Positions 37,857 to 50,753 of a DNA stretch of 64,000 bases are shown piece after piece. Made by a program: the position numbers and the translations under genes. Position 1 is the first letter of the stretch; each line of letters begins with the position of its first letter. Source of the DNA: Flectonema sp. DT1601 (Eukaryota); assembly GCA_964019425.1 (NCBI GenBank), contig OZ025791.1:806001-870000 (forward strand), given 5' to 3'. Below the pieces are notes generated by a model. The model saw only the letters and a list, made by a program, of their open reading frames with translations. It did no database searches and was not told the origin of the DNA.

Positions 37857-39330
37857 TAGCTGTGAAGTGAAGAAAGAATTATAAAAGAAGAGTAATAAAC
37901 CAAAAGAAAGAAAGTCACATAAGGAGCTACATGTCTTTAGTTAGCTTTTCTTGTAAAATCTGTAAAAGTCACACGCGTAGTTCTTTATTTCTTTACAACA
38001 TCAAAATTATGAAAAAAAGAAAGAAAGAAACAACGAAAATAACCACATGATATGGCTTATAACTAATTGAGTGAAGTTGTTAATAGTGTATAGCATGGTT
38101 TGTACTTATTTGTATTGCTTCCCCCCTTTGCTGCCTTCCTAAAGTTGTTACTGTTTTTACATTGTCAAAGTTTCACCCCTTTGCTGCCTTTTTTCAACTG
38201 TACTTCTTTAGTACACTTGAATCAACGTTTCCTCTCCTCTTATTTTATTCGAGAGTGAATTTCTTTTTCTCTTGTTTTCTTCTTTTTTGTTTGTATTGTG
38301 AATAGTATTTCGAAGCTTGACTTGGTGATCAACAAAAAAAAAAAAAAAAAAAAAAAAACGAGTATTTATCTGGCAGAAAAGAAATACCTTATCTATAATT
38401 AAGGTAATAAAAAAGTATAATTGTACGAGTGTTTGCGTTCTTTCCAAGTGTGTGAAATGTGAAGTTGTTTCAGTTTTAATAAATCGTTAAGCGTCTTTCT
38501 GTTGACTCAGTGAGCTTGCATTGCTGTGCAACTGTAAACCTTTGTTGTGTTATCTTTATAAGTGTTATTCTTTACTCAAAAGAGTCTTTGGGTAGACGAA
38601 TTAGGTTGAGAATTATTTTTTCTTTTCTTGAACCTTTTTTTTTTATATCCCATTTTTTATCCCTTTTTCCCTTATATTATGTTTTATGATCTGTGGTCAG
38701 TAAAAATACTACCAACCCGCTAAGAAGATGTGTGTCATTTAAACTCTACCCTTTCAGCAGGGAAGTGATCAGCATTATTCCCTTAAATGAGGAATATTAT
38801 CGTTTTTTCAGTCGTCTCCAACGCAACGGGTCTTCCCTGTTGCTGTATGTCGAGACAACGACCTGATTCAGATATGATAAAGATTTTGAGTTTTTGTTAT
38901 ATTGTGTTTTTTAAATTTTTGGGGGATTTGCAATCTTGTTTTCTATGTATCTTTTGGTACTGTACATTTGCATTGCATTCCATTAGAAGGTATCATTATC
39001 TTGTTGATTTATTTATATTTTTGGTATCTGATCAATCAAGGGGGGAAAAAAAAAAAAAAAACAACGGTATCTTTTTTTTTCTTCAGTAGAGATGCTAACA
39101 TTTTCTTCCCTCAGAATGCGCGGTAGCCGCGCACTTTGAGTGCGAATCTACGTTGAGAAATATTTTTTTTTTAAAAAAGTATTATTTTTCTGCTGAAGTA
39201 ATGAAATTCCGTTTTCAAAAAAATGATCCACAACCGTCTCCACCCCCCATTTCAAGAAATGATCTTTTAAAGATAGGACAGTATCGATTAATGTAAAAAA
39301 ATATTTTATTTCTCAGGTCCCACGTAAAGA

Positions 39331-41619
39331 ATGTCTTGGAATCAACAACCGGGACCTGTAAGAGGTCCCGTAAATATGGGCTCACAACAACAACAGCAGC
39401 AACCTGGTAGTTTGTGCATGTGCTGTGACGGCGATCAACAAAATCAACGTCAGGGTTGCTGTGATAATAATGATCAACAACAAAGTCAGTGTTGTCAACC
39501 TGGTGAAGAAGGTAGTATGATGGATTCTTGTGGGTTGGTTATGATTTGTTTGTTGTTTGCTTTCGCAATCGCAGGACTTGGCGCAGCTATCGGATCGTAT
39601 GATCGGAATGACAGCATGACCAAGAAAATGAGTGGAAATAATTTAGATATCAATAATGCTTATGAAATGCAAGATGCTATTATTGCGAACGGTATTCCAC
39701 TCAATGTGTTGCAGGAGAAGCGTCAGCAGTACCTTGACTTGGCAAGAAAAATTGAAGCGGCGATTAAGAATCAGGTTGAAACTTTTGATATCGCAACACC
39801 ATCTCCTCCAACTCCAGCACCTCCAACATTGGTACCGACCGCAGTGCCGACGAATGCTCCGCCTACAATTGTGCCAACTGCTGTGCCGACGAATGCTCCG
39901 CCGACTGATATTCCGCCTACAATTGCTCCAACAGCAGTGCCAACGAATGCTCCTCCAACTAACCCTCCAAACACTGATTCTCCTCCTACAGCTGAGCCGA
40001 CTAATGCTCCAGCTACTCCGACCCCAACTGAGATGTGTTCTTATTGTATGCAGGTTTGTACTACACCTGCCCCGCCTACACTTGTTCCAACACCATTGCC
40101 AGATACTGATGCCCCACCTACTGCGGAGCCGACAGCTGTGCCGACTGCGGTTCCGACTGCGGTTCCAACTGCAGTTCCAACAGCCGTGCCTACGGCAGTT
40201 CCAACTGCTGTTCCAACTGATACTCCAGTTGCTAATAGACTTATGAAACTACTTCAGGCTGATACTCCCACTCCTCATTCTCAATATTGTGATGCTGTCG
40301 AGGTCATGGGAACTGGTTCTGACATGTGTCGCAACAGCTTCGATGCAAATTTCCTGATGTACTTTGCCGCACGTTCGCATACCTTCAGAGTCATGTTGTA
40401 CTTCCTCGCTGCTCTATTTCTTCTACTTCACTTAACATATTACGGCTTTGTTAAGATGTCTATAACTGAAATGACCTGGGCATACGGCACTAGTGAATTT
40501 AAGGCTGTGGTGGATACCGTTCATGCAGCAATTTCTCTTTGGACGTTCTTTATTATTGCCCATGAGCTTTATTTTTACTTCAAGTTTATTGGCTACTTTA
40601 AAAACCACGGTCAGGGACAGCTTCGTAGCTTTTGGAAGGACTTTGATGAAAGCTACTTAACGCTTACTCTTCTCGTTGCTGTTGTCATCTGTTGGCCACT
40701 TTGCGCGTTTTGTTTGAAGATTGTCTTCTTCATCCCATGCTACATGTTGGACCTCTGCGTCAACGGCCAAGGAATGGGTATGGGACAAGTCGGTATGCAA
40801 CAGCAGCAACCTCCAGAGAACCTCACTGGCATCTCCAAGAAAATAAGAGATATGGCAAACTGGCCTTGTGATGTCNNNNNNNNNNNNNNNNNNNNNNNNN
40901 NNNNNNNNNNNNNNNNNNNNNNNNNNNNNNNNNNNNNNNNNNNNNNNNNNNNNNNNNNNNNNNNNNNNNNNNNNNNNNNNNNNNNNNNNNNNNNNNNNNN
41001 NNNNNNNNNNNNNNNNNNNNNNNNNNNNNNNNNNNNNNNNNNNNNNNNNNNNNNNNNNNNNNNNNNNNNNNNNNNAAAATCAACAGCAACCTATGCAACT
41101 GCAAAGAGGAACTGGTTCGCAGGGATCTCTAAATTTTGGCCAGCAAAACAACAACCCAAGTGCTCAGTACCCAAAGCCTAACCCAGCAACGCCAAATACT
41201 GATGTTTTAAAGTCAATTCATGGTATCGGAGGAACAGGAACCAGCTTAAGTAAGAAAACGATTCAAAGTGAGACGGAGGATGAGTCTCTTGAAAAGGAGA
41301 AGGACCGCAGCAGAAGACGTCGCAGCAGCTCTGGAAGAAAGGAAAAGAGCAGCAGCAAGAAGAGCAGAAGACGTCGTGGAGAGGAATCAGGCAGTGAGAA
41401 TAAGAAGAAAGACAGGTATGAGGAAACAATTTTATTTTTCATCTTCGACAAAGCAATTAAAAAAAAAGGAAAAAGGGAAGTATCCCTTTTAGCTACTTAC
41501 GTTTCCTACTAATAAAACCAAACAGGAAATCAAGAAGAAGAGAATCTGACGACAAGAAGAGCCCTCGTAAGCGTCGATCCCACAGCAAAAAAGAGAAGAA
41601 GGGAAAGGGAGGTGACTAG
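39331..41619 (+). CDS. Four-TM membrane protein with Cys-rich N-terminus, Pro/Thr mucin-like loop and K/R/S-rich tail; spans an N gap, last intron 41416-41525
   Basis: ORF 39331 has TM1 (LVMICLLFAFAIAGLGAAIG), PTAV/PTNAPP repeats and three more hydrophobic segments. After the gap it continues as NQQQPMQ...KKKDR. AG|gtatga...tactaat...aaacag|G splices to KSRRRESDDKKSPRKRRSHSKKEKKGKGGD*. Confidence 0.8.
40876..41075. other. Assembly gap (200 N)
   Basis: Run of N. Confidence 1.
41416..41525 (+). other. Spliceosomal cis-intron, 110 nt
   Basis: GTATGA donor, TACTAAT branch-like site, AAACCAAACAG acceptor. In-frame join (AG|G). Confidence 0.8.
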
Positions 41620-44242
41620 TCTCTTGTTAATAAGCTGTTGTACTAGATAATTTGATATCGGCAGATAGAATAGTTAAAACAGTAGGGTCGTGGCAACGGC
41701 GACTAGTTAGTGAGCATAATGCCAATTTGATTGTATTTCCCTTCCGTACCTTTTGTTTTTATTCTTTCCCCTTCTTTCTTTCTTTCTTTCTTTTTCACTC
41801 ATCGAAACATGCAACAGTTAACCAATTGCGGAAAAAAAATATATATATATATAAAAAAATAGAGAGCTCCTTTACACCTAAATGAAAGTCTTTTTACGAC
41901 AAAAAGAATATTTGTAAAAGAGGAAAAAAAAATAAAATAATACGTTGTTCCATTTTAGCTTTTACAATTCTATTCTTTTTTCTCGGGTTCACGGTTACCG
42001 TGCGCGAACAAAAGTTGTTGTTGCTAGAGGATGTATTTTGTTGTTTGTCTTTAGTTGTCTTTTCCCCCGTTCTGTAACTCATACTCTAATGTAGCAATAC
42101 CTAGAGTGTGTTACTGTTTTTTTTTTATTACTTTGTTAAAGTTTCATTCCCCTTTTGTGATTTTACGTTATACTAACCTCCTCGCTAATATTTTATTTGA
42201 GTGTGTTATGATTACTTTTTTGTGTATCATCTGTGCAGGGGAAGGATGAAGCAACTAAAGATGCTACGCAACCAAGCAGTTGCTTTTTGTGTGGATACGC
42301 GTTGCTTTCATGTTTCTTGTTCAGGTTTTCTTTTTTTTTATGTTTTGTGAATGTGTCTTTTAAGTTTCTGTTGAGCTTCTCAGCCGCCGTTTTCCTTTTC
42401 CCTCCTCCTTTTTTTTTTAAAATTAAAATTTTGCAACTGCAAACTGAATAATACCAACATCAAGCAAAGCGTGTGTTTTTGTGGTTATGAGTTATCAGTT
42501 AACGCCAAAGTTAAGACTCGACAAGAATATGTATTGCGCGATTTTAATTTTTTTTTTTCTTGTTTCAAATACTCGGCACAGTATATCATGTTTTATTAAG
42601 CAGCTGAAATCCTTTCTTTTTTTAATGCTGCGTTTCCTTGGACTCATGATAATGAATAACTCGATTCCGTACTGCACCGAATGACAACACAGAAAAAGAG
42701 ACATGTATGGTGATAAGTTAAAAACATTCTTTTACGATATTCACAGAGTGTTTACCTTTATGTGGGTTTTAGCTTTTTTGATATAATGCATTTGCTCAAA
42801 ACAGTTAAGCCGTCCTACCTTTCTAATTTTAAGTAGACCCAATCGATGAATCAAGGTCATCACTATTATTGTGTTTAAAGTGATTTTTTTTTTTTTTTTT
42901 TGGTAAATTAATTTTTCCTCCTTCTTTCATTTTAGAGTAGTATAATTATTATTATTATTTTTTTTTTTTTAATTTATACCAATGGTTTACGTAGATTTAA
43001 ATTTACAAAAAAAAAAAAAAAAAGTGTCTTCTCGTTATCAAGTAAAGACAACCTTCGAAATGTTAAATAATAATAAAAAAAAAAGAAACTAAATAGACAC
43101 CCCAACCCCCTTTTAGGCTCCTCTAGAGCACCGCAGATATGTATCAGTGGTAATCAACCTACGTCAGTAACAATCACGATGGTGTAGTTTTACTTTGAAA
43201 AGTTTAAAAAAAAAAAAAAAAAAAAAAAAGAAGCAAAACCCTCCCCTGTAGAAAATAGATGATGTTAATTTTGCAATTCACATTAAGTATTGTAAGAGCT
43301 AAAAAAAAAAATAATGTTGGGGCAGCGAACGTAAAACCTCCTTCAACTTTGTCAGCTACAAGTCGGTTTTCCCCGGTTTCGTGCACAAACAAACATCAAC
43401 AGTGTTATATTACTATTTTCTGTATAGTTTAAGTTAAAAAGCTGATTCTTTTTTTTTTTTTTTTGTTGTCTGTCATACCTCAGGAAAGTACTTACCTGCC
43501 CATATCCTTATAACGTTTTTTTATTTATTTGTCCTCTAGTTCATTTGTTTACATATCTGTTCTCAAAAACCAAACCCAAAATAGACGGCCGTATCCCCAG
43601 TGCTTCCCCCTCCACCCCCTCCCTACTTCCCTTTGTTGCATCGAGTCTCTTTCCTTTTCCCTTTTCTCTAGAGTTTTGTGCTACCGAGGCCTATGGAATC
43701 GGATCGGTTTTTGTTATTTACTATTTCCTTTTTTTCCCTTCCTTTTCCCTTTTCTCTTTGCGCTCGAAAATGTGAACTACACAACTGTTGGTAAGTTTTC
43801 ATTGGCCACGTTTCCCTCCTGTCTCAGTTTTTCTGCGCTGAGTGTGGAAAAACCCAGCAATGGAGAAGGGGAAAAAGAAAGAAAAAAAAAAAAGGTAAGA
43901 AAACGGAAAATAGATCACAAGGAAAGCTAAATTTGCTTTCTCCCTTCCCTTTTCTCTCGATGGATTTGTCTTTTTTTATTCATTTATTTTGTTTTTTTAT
44001 AATTTTTTTTATTCCCGTTCCCATTTGCATGGACTCCTTTATATCCACGTTATTGTTAACTTTGAATTAGCGAATGCTTATCGAAATTTAGTATTAATAA
44101 CTGTTATTCAATAATAACAGGAATCGATTATTAAATGGTTGAGTATTGTGTATGTTGGGTTGTGAGTATTAAGTTGTGCGTATATTTACTTTCCACTGCC
44201 AGGCCTTTCAAACAACAACCTTAGTTAGCCCTCACAAATAAT

Positions 44243-44802
44243 ATGGCAGCAGTCCAACAACCAATTGTCATGGCGGTACCGTTTCAGAATGGGATACAAA
44301 ATGGACAGCATTCACAGCAGCAGCAGCAACAGCAGCACAGTTTCCAGCAAGCGGCATCACAACAGTCGCAGCAAAGAGTTGTCGTTCCGCTAGTGCAGCA
44401 GGTGCTTCAGCAACAGGTGCCTCAGCAACAGAATGGACAAAGATTTATGAAATTTCAAACAGTTCCACAGGGTATGCAAGTGGTCCAACAGGTCAGAGTT
44501 GTATACCCACACCAGGTTATTCAGCAGCAGTCAGGACCTGGTCAGGTACAGCAGCAGGGACAACAATCTGTTCAAGTGCTTCATCAGATTCCTCAGCAGA
44601 TTGTTCAACAGGGAGGACAACCTGGACAGCAGATGCAAGTTGTGCAGCAGGTTCAGCCTCAGCAGGTACAAATGGTGCAACAGTCGGTTGTTCAACCAGC
44701 GCAGACTGTGGTGCAGGTACCTCAACAGGTGCTTGTTAGACAGCAGCAACAGCAACAGCAGCAGCAACAGCAGCAGCAGCAACAGCAACAGCAGCAGCAA
44801 CA

Positions 44803-44893
<91 letters not shown>

Positions 44894-45004
44894 CAACAGC
44901 AGCAGCAACAGCAACAGCAGCAGCAACAGCAACAGCAGCAGCAACAGCAGCAGCAGCAACAGCAGCAGCAACAGCAGCAGCAGCAGCAGCAGCAACAGCA
45001 ACAG

Positions 45005-45036
<32 letters not shown>

Positions 45037-45048
45037 ACAACAACAACA

Positions 45049-45079
<31 letters not shown>

Positions 45080-45595
45080 CAACAACGGCAGCAGCAGCAA
45101 CACCAACAGCAGCTCTTACAGCACCAGCCAGCTCAGAATCCTGCTGTAGCGCCTGTACATTCTCAACCTCCGCCAAGACCAGCAGTCGTGCAGCAACAAA
45201 TGCAACCAACGGCTGCTCCTCAGATGATTCAGAGAGTTAGTGAAGAAGAACAAAATCAACTCAACCTGGCTCACTTTATTAAAAAGAATTCGCACATGAC
45301 ATCTCAGGGAATCTTTCTAGGAGGAAAAGAGTACGCAATGGAACAGGTCCAGTCAGGAAAGACTAGTGAAGTTATGAAGTCGGCACCGCCTATTGTAGGA
45401 AGGTCTGATGGACAACCTATCTTAACTGGAGAGACTTCATTTAATACCAGTCAACCAGTTGATTCAATCACAGACCCGAAGATGGACGAGCTTAATTTCT
45501 CAGACTTGATCTCTGATTTAAATCAACTTGCTAATGATGACGACGAGAATGAGGCCCTCCTTCAGTTTCAGGGTCATTTTTGCAGTCAGAATTGA
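44243..45595 (+). CDS. Q/V/P-rich low-complexity protein with ~115-residue polyQ and acidic C-terminus, 450 aa
   Basis: ORF with unique N- and C-terminal sequence around the CAG/CAA tract. Acceptor ccactgccag ends 44202. Confidence 0.85.
44741..45085 (+). repeat. Mixed CAG/CAA trinucleotide tract (345 bp, 115 Gln)
   Basis: Direct reading. Variation is confined to the synonymous third position. Confidence 0.95.
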
Positions 45596-46548
45596 TTGAT
45601 GTCTTAGTTGTGTTTAAATTTTCTTTTATCCCAGATTTCTTTTCATAATTTCACGTTTTTCCTACTCCCCGTTTTTCTTCTTCTTTTTTCTTTCAATGGT
45701 GCAGACTAGTCTACCACATTGATTCTTACTTGTTGAGTTTTTTTTTTTAATTTTTTTAATTTTTTATTTCTCCAAAAATCCTTGCAATCTTCAGAAACGC
45801 ATCCAAGCAAAATTTTGAACAATCCCCTCTTCTGCTGTTTGAAGCTTAGTTTTTATTATTATTTTTTATATTGTTAAAAACAGCTTTTTTATTTTTAATT
45901 TATTCTGATAACACGAGAGGGAAAAACACAGGTGAGGGGTTAAGCCTGCGGGGAAAAAAAAAAAAAAAAAAATAAAGAAAGAAAGAAAAATGCAAAGACC
46001 TGAACACAAAACCCCCACAAATTAATTACTGCGGCAATATAAAGTATAAATTATTGTTGCTGTCCATTTGTTGAATTTTTCTTTTTTTCTTTTTTTTTTT
46101 TTTTTTTTGTTAAAAGAAATTTCGAATATAAATTTCAGCAGACTACATGTGACATTGAACTCTCGCGATGTTTTTTTTTTTTTTTTTTTATTATGAATTT
46201 TCTTAAGCAAGAAAACAGTTCTGTTTTCACAGCAAAGTGTTTTTGCTCTTTATTCCCCTAATTGTTTTTTTTTTTAAAGAAACTATTCAGATTAAGAGCC
46301 GTTTTATTTATTATGGTCAAATGTTTATCTATTTCCCTGTGTCAGTAATGCTGTCTTCGATCAACTAAAAATAAGGCTTTATCTGAATGGTTTTTATATT
46401 TGTGGTATCATATAAATAAAGGTGGTTGCCAACTTTTTTTCTCTCACGGAATTCTAAGTATGCTTAGCTATTTCCGTATGTCAGTTTTCCAAAGTTGTGC
46501 CACATAGAACAATAAAAAGCAGTTCCGTTGGAAATGTTTATTATTTTT

Positions 46549-46620
46549 CCCTTTTCCTTTCCTCTCCTTTCCTTTCCTTTCCTTTCCTTTCCTTTCCTTT
46601 CCTTTCCTTTCCTTTCCTTT
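46549..46620. repeat. (TTTCC)n pentanucleotide microsatellite
   Basis: Direct reading. Confidence 0.9.
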
Positions 46621-48643
46621 TTTTTTTTGCATTTAACAAGTATTGTAAGAACGAAAAAGAATGTTAGGCAGCACGCGTAAACCTCCTTTAGCTTTATCAG
46701 TTTAAGTCGGTTCACGGTTTCCTGCAAACAAGTTGGGTGTTTAGTTTTCCTTTTTTTACCATTCATACACACAAATAAATATTTGTGGTGTAGTTATTTT
46801 TGAGTGTAATGCATCCATGTGTGGAATGTTACCTTCTTGTACAAACCAAGCATCAGTGTTATATTACTATCTTCTCTTTGGTTTAAGTTAAGTTGATTCC
46901 CTTCGTTTGTTTAAAAACACACCAGTCGGATGGGGGGAGGGAAAGCAGAGATGTAGAAAGCACGTCGTCTGCCGGTATTTTCAGAAGCGATCCAATAATT
47001 TGAGCATTCTACGTAGGTGGGAAGCTTCACGGCAAGCGGCTTGTGTACCGAAGTCGGTATAAGGCTTGTGTTCTTGTGACTGAAATGCGGGTCTTTTTTT
47101 TAAAATATTTTTTTTTAGGGGAATGTTATGTTTTATGTTGTTATTTAATCCTACGTATTGTTTTTTTTTTTTTTCCCCGTTGTCAAACGACAGCTTTGGC
47201 AAAGGGTGAAATGTGTGTTTTTTTTTTAATTGTTTTTTTTTTTATTCCTTTTTTTCCAATATTCATGTTCAACAAACGACTGCCAAACCTCAATACAGTT
47301 GGTTGGTCTTTCGTGTTTTTTTTTTCTCTATCTTTTTTTCTTTTTATAAAAACCTCTCTACCTGTCTGTTTCTGTTGCGTGGTATAATTTCTTACTGAAC
47401 CACTTAAAATAAAAAATCTTGAAAACAGAGATGGTAAAAAAGAAAAAGAATAACACTTGGTAGTCACACCAATGCTTGTGCTTATCCAAAAACAAGACAA
47501 GAATCGTAAATTATGCGTACCTTCTCATATTTCGCCATTATTATTTCGTATATGAAAAAAAAAAAAAAAAAACTTCATGAAAGTTAGTAATGAATTTCAC
47601 TCATTGCTTTTAGCACTAGGCTATCTTGGTAGTCTTGACACTTAATGTCTATTGGCCTCTCAGCTCAAAGCAAAGTGAATGTGTGTTTTTTTTTCACATG
47701 ACGTGCATTAAAAAAAAAAAAAAAAAAAAAGACGCGGTAGTTGGGGTAAATACTTTGCTGTTTTTTTTTATTTTATTTTTTTTTATTTGTACTGTTGTTT
47801 TTTTTCCTCCAACGTACAATATTTTTTTTTGTCTGTAAGCATTGAATCTGAATGCAAACACGAAAAACAAACAAACAAGCAAATAAACAAACAAACAAAC
47901 AATGCAAGCTGATGCTGTTTTTAAAGTCTATGTGGAATAGCAAGCAGAATCCCTCTCCTTGACGTTTACCTGTCTAGTCTTGCTGTCTTTATTAAAAAAA
48001 ATTGTTGTAGTTGTTGTTTTTGTTCAACGCTTTGTTACTCGCGTAGTGATTCAAAATTCGGTACTAACTTAGTTGGTGATTCCTTTAGGTAATTACTTTT
48101 TTCGGTGTAATTAACAAAAAAAAAAAAAAAAGAAAAACTTTTTTTATGAAGGGACATGTTCTGCCTGTTTAATTTGTTTTCTTTTAATTTTTTACAGCCT
48201 TTTTTATGGCCGAAATAATAATTTTGATGTTTTTTTTTTTTATATGTTTTTCTTTCATTTCTGTCACTGGTTGGGTTACGTACATATTTTTTTCTTCTTC
48301 CAGTTACGTTTTTCTGCTATTGTTACGTCTTCCCTTCGTTTCGTTGTTTCTTTTTTTTTTTTTTTGTTGTTGTTGATTGTTGAAGGCCAAGGTAAAGAAA
48401 TAAAAAACTTCCTAAAGTCCGAATACAACAATCACCCTAAAACTTCGATCTCGAGAATTTACAATTAAGTTATCCAACAACGTTGTCAGGATGCTTGGTA
48501 GACCTAGTCTGGAAAAAAAAAGAATCGGCACCTTTGCCTCATTTTTTTTTTAAAAAAAATTATTTATATTTTTTTTCACGAGGTAACCTTCCGTTGGAAT
48601 GTTGCAAAAAAAAAAAAAAAAAAAAAATCACCTGTATTAATGT

Positions 48644-48715
48644 TTACGGTTATGGTACCGAACTGAACTCTGAGCTTCTCCAGAGGTTTAGCTTCCCTGG
48701 CTTTGATAAATAAAT
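48644..48715 (+). mobile_element. Short retro-repeat, subfamily B
   Basis: ttacggttatggtaccgaactgaactctgagcttctccagagg...ttccctggctttgataaataaat matches 3286-3370. Confidence 0.65.
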
Positions 48716-49670
48716 ACTTTCTGTTACTTATGTCACAACGTTTCTCGATATGCATTTCAACCCCTACTTTACATGAGGAGAAATCGTCATCTACTTTGCT
48801 GTTGTTGTTGCTACCGCTGTCAGGAAATAGCCTGATTTTTGGGGTTGTACACCAAACCAGCTTTGATGGAGGGGAAAAAAAAAAAAAAAAGAAAAAAAAA
48901 AATCGAATAAAAGTAAAAGACGAAGAGGTGCTTATATTTTGTTTGGTAACAAACTAACGTCATTATTTGGTCCCCTGTTATCAATGCGACAGTAAAAATA
49001 GTCGATCAAGGCGGCATTTCAAAAGATGTGATGCTATAAGGTCTTGGATCACATTTTCGTAGTGAGGAGTGTCCACATTCGGGCCTGTTCAGTGCCGTGA
49101 AGGATCATGTCTGAGAAACCCCAAGAAGAGTGATTTTTGCGTTTTTTCCAGTGGTGAACCGAATAACTGATATATATTTTTTTTTAAAAAATTTTTTTTC
49201 TCCGTTTCTTCTTCGTACCGACTTATACTCCGTATAAAGTTAGCGTAGTCACCTACTGCCGCTTTCATCCTACACAAGGCAAATGACTTCTTCATTTCGC
49301 TCATATATTTCTCTTTGAATGCGGTGACGCATTTTGTATGCGTAACTAAAATCCAAGTCTAATCCAGTGGGGTGACAAAAAAAAAAAAGTAGTATAAAAT
49401 AAGAGTATACAATATGGTTATAGTATTTCCTTTTTTTTTCTTTCTGTTGCGTTTTTTTATCGTTATTTGAAAACTTGAAAGAAAGCAGGATGTGGGGAAA
49501 CATTAAAAAAAAAAAAAAAAAAAAAAAAAACCTGCATGTTCTGCTTTATCCTCCTAAGATGCTGTTAGAATCGCAAAACCAGATATCTTAAACAAAATAT
49601 TTCTTAATTTTTCTTTTTTGATCGCCTTTTTTTTTTAAAAAAATGTTTTTAGGTGTGTTCTTGTTAATAT

Positions 49671-49707
<37 letters not shown>

Positions 49708-50753
49708 TTGGTGTTGTGCTTTACTCACTCTTAGTAACAATACGTCACGCAGAATCGCCGTTGTCCGTATTTTTTCCTTACCCAAAAAAAAAAAAAAAAT
49801 ATTCACTATTTTTAATCTTTTTTTTTAATTTTGATACTGAACAGCACGATTAAAAAAAAAAAAAAAAAAAAAAAAACAGATTCATCGAAAAAGCATATCT
49901 GGTTCACAATCCATCTTTTTCCCTTTTTCCCTTTTTTTTTTTTTTTTTTTGAGTCACTTGGTAGCATTACAAAATGCTCTTTGACTTCCTTATCTATCTA
50001 TCTATTTATCTAAAAGAGGTTGAATTGGAGTTTAATAATGGCGTACAAAATTGCTTTCAATTATGAAGTCTGTATTTCGGTGGGATTTGCGAAGTGTAAA
50101 CTAAATAAAGGCTCCCCACATTCCCAAGTAAATACTTTCGTTAAATCTCCAAAGCCTCCTCCCGCGGTGTTCTTCGTTTGGCTGTCGCTAAAAAAAAAAA
50201 AAAAATTCTTTTTTCAATTTGAATTGTAAAGAGTCATTTATTTCTTAACATTTCTTATTTCATTTTTTTTTTTTTTTTTTTTTTTGCATTTAATAAATAA
50301 TGTAAAGAGTTGAAAATAATGTTAAACATTATTGCTTTTATTCGATTTTAAAAGTATTAAATAAAAGTGATTGTCGTAAACGAAGTAAGACGGATAAGGA
50401 ACACTGAATTTGCTTTCGAATTTAGTTTTCTGATGGTTTTCCCTTTCGCACAAAAAAAAAAAAAAAGTCGAAAATTTGCACACTATGATCTCTCTCTCTC
50501 TCTCTTTTTTTGTTTTTGTATTGTTAATCCCTCTTTTTAAAGAGGGAGGGGGGGGGGAAAAAAAAAAAAAAAAAAAAAAACACAAATTTTTGTTTTGCGT
50601 TCTGTTCCTTTCTTTATTTTAACCCGTCACAATCATGTTCTTATCGTTTTTTTCCCCCCTTTTTTTTGTTTTCCTTCCTCCGTTATCGCTCAGTTCGGTT
50701 GCAGGGCCTCAGGGAGGACCTTGCTTGTTTTTTTTTTGGAATTTATTTTGTAA

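Noticed and set aside
40868..41512. Apparent frameshift or separate 214-aa gene
   Set aside because: The frame change falls in a 200-N gap of arbitrary length; best read as the continuation of the 39331 gene.
44499..45209. PolyS, polyL and polyA ORFs
   Set aside because: Alternative frames and strand of the CAG/CAA tract; only the Q frame has coherent flanks.
48952..48968. AACTAACGtcattattt resembling the start of the kinetoplastid spliced leader
   Set aside because: The conserved downstream CAGTTTCTGTAC...TTG/GT is missing; a chance match in AT-rich DNA.
49001..49160. VD-[fs]-KAAF possible RT motif
   Set aside because: A single short motif needing a frameshift; too weak to call.
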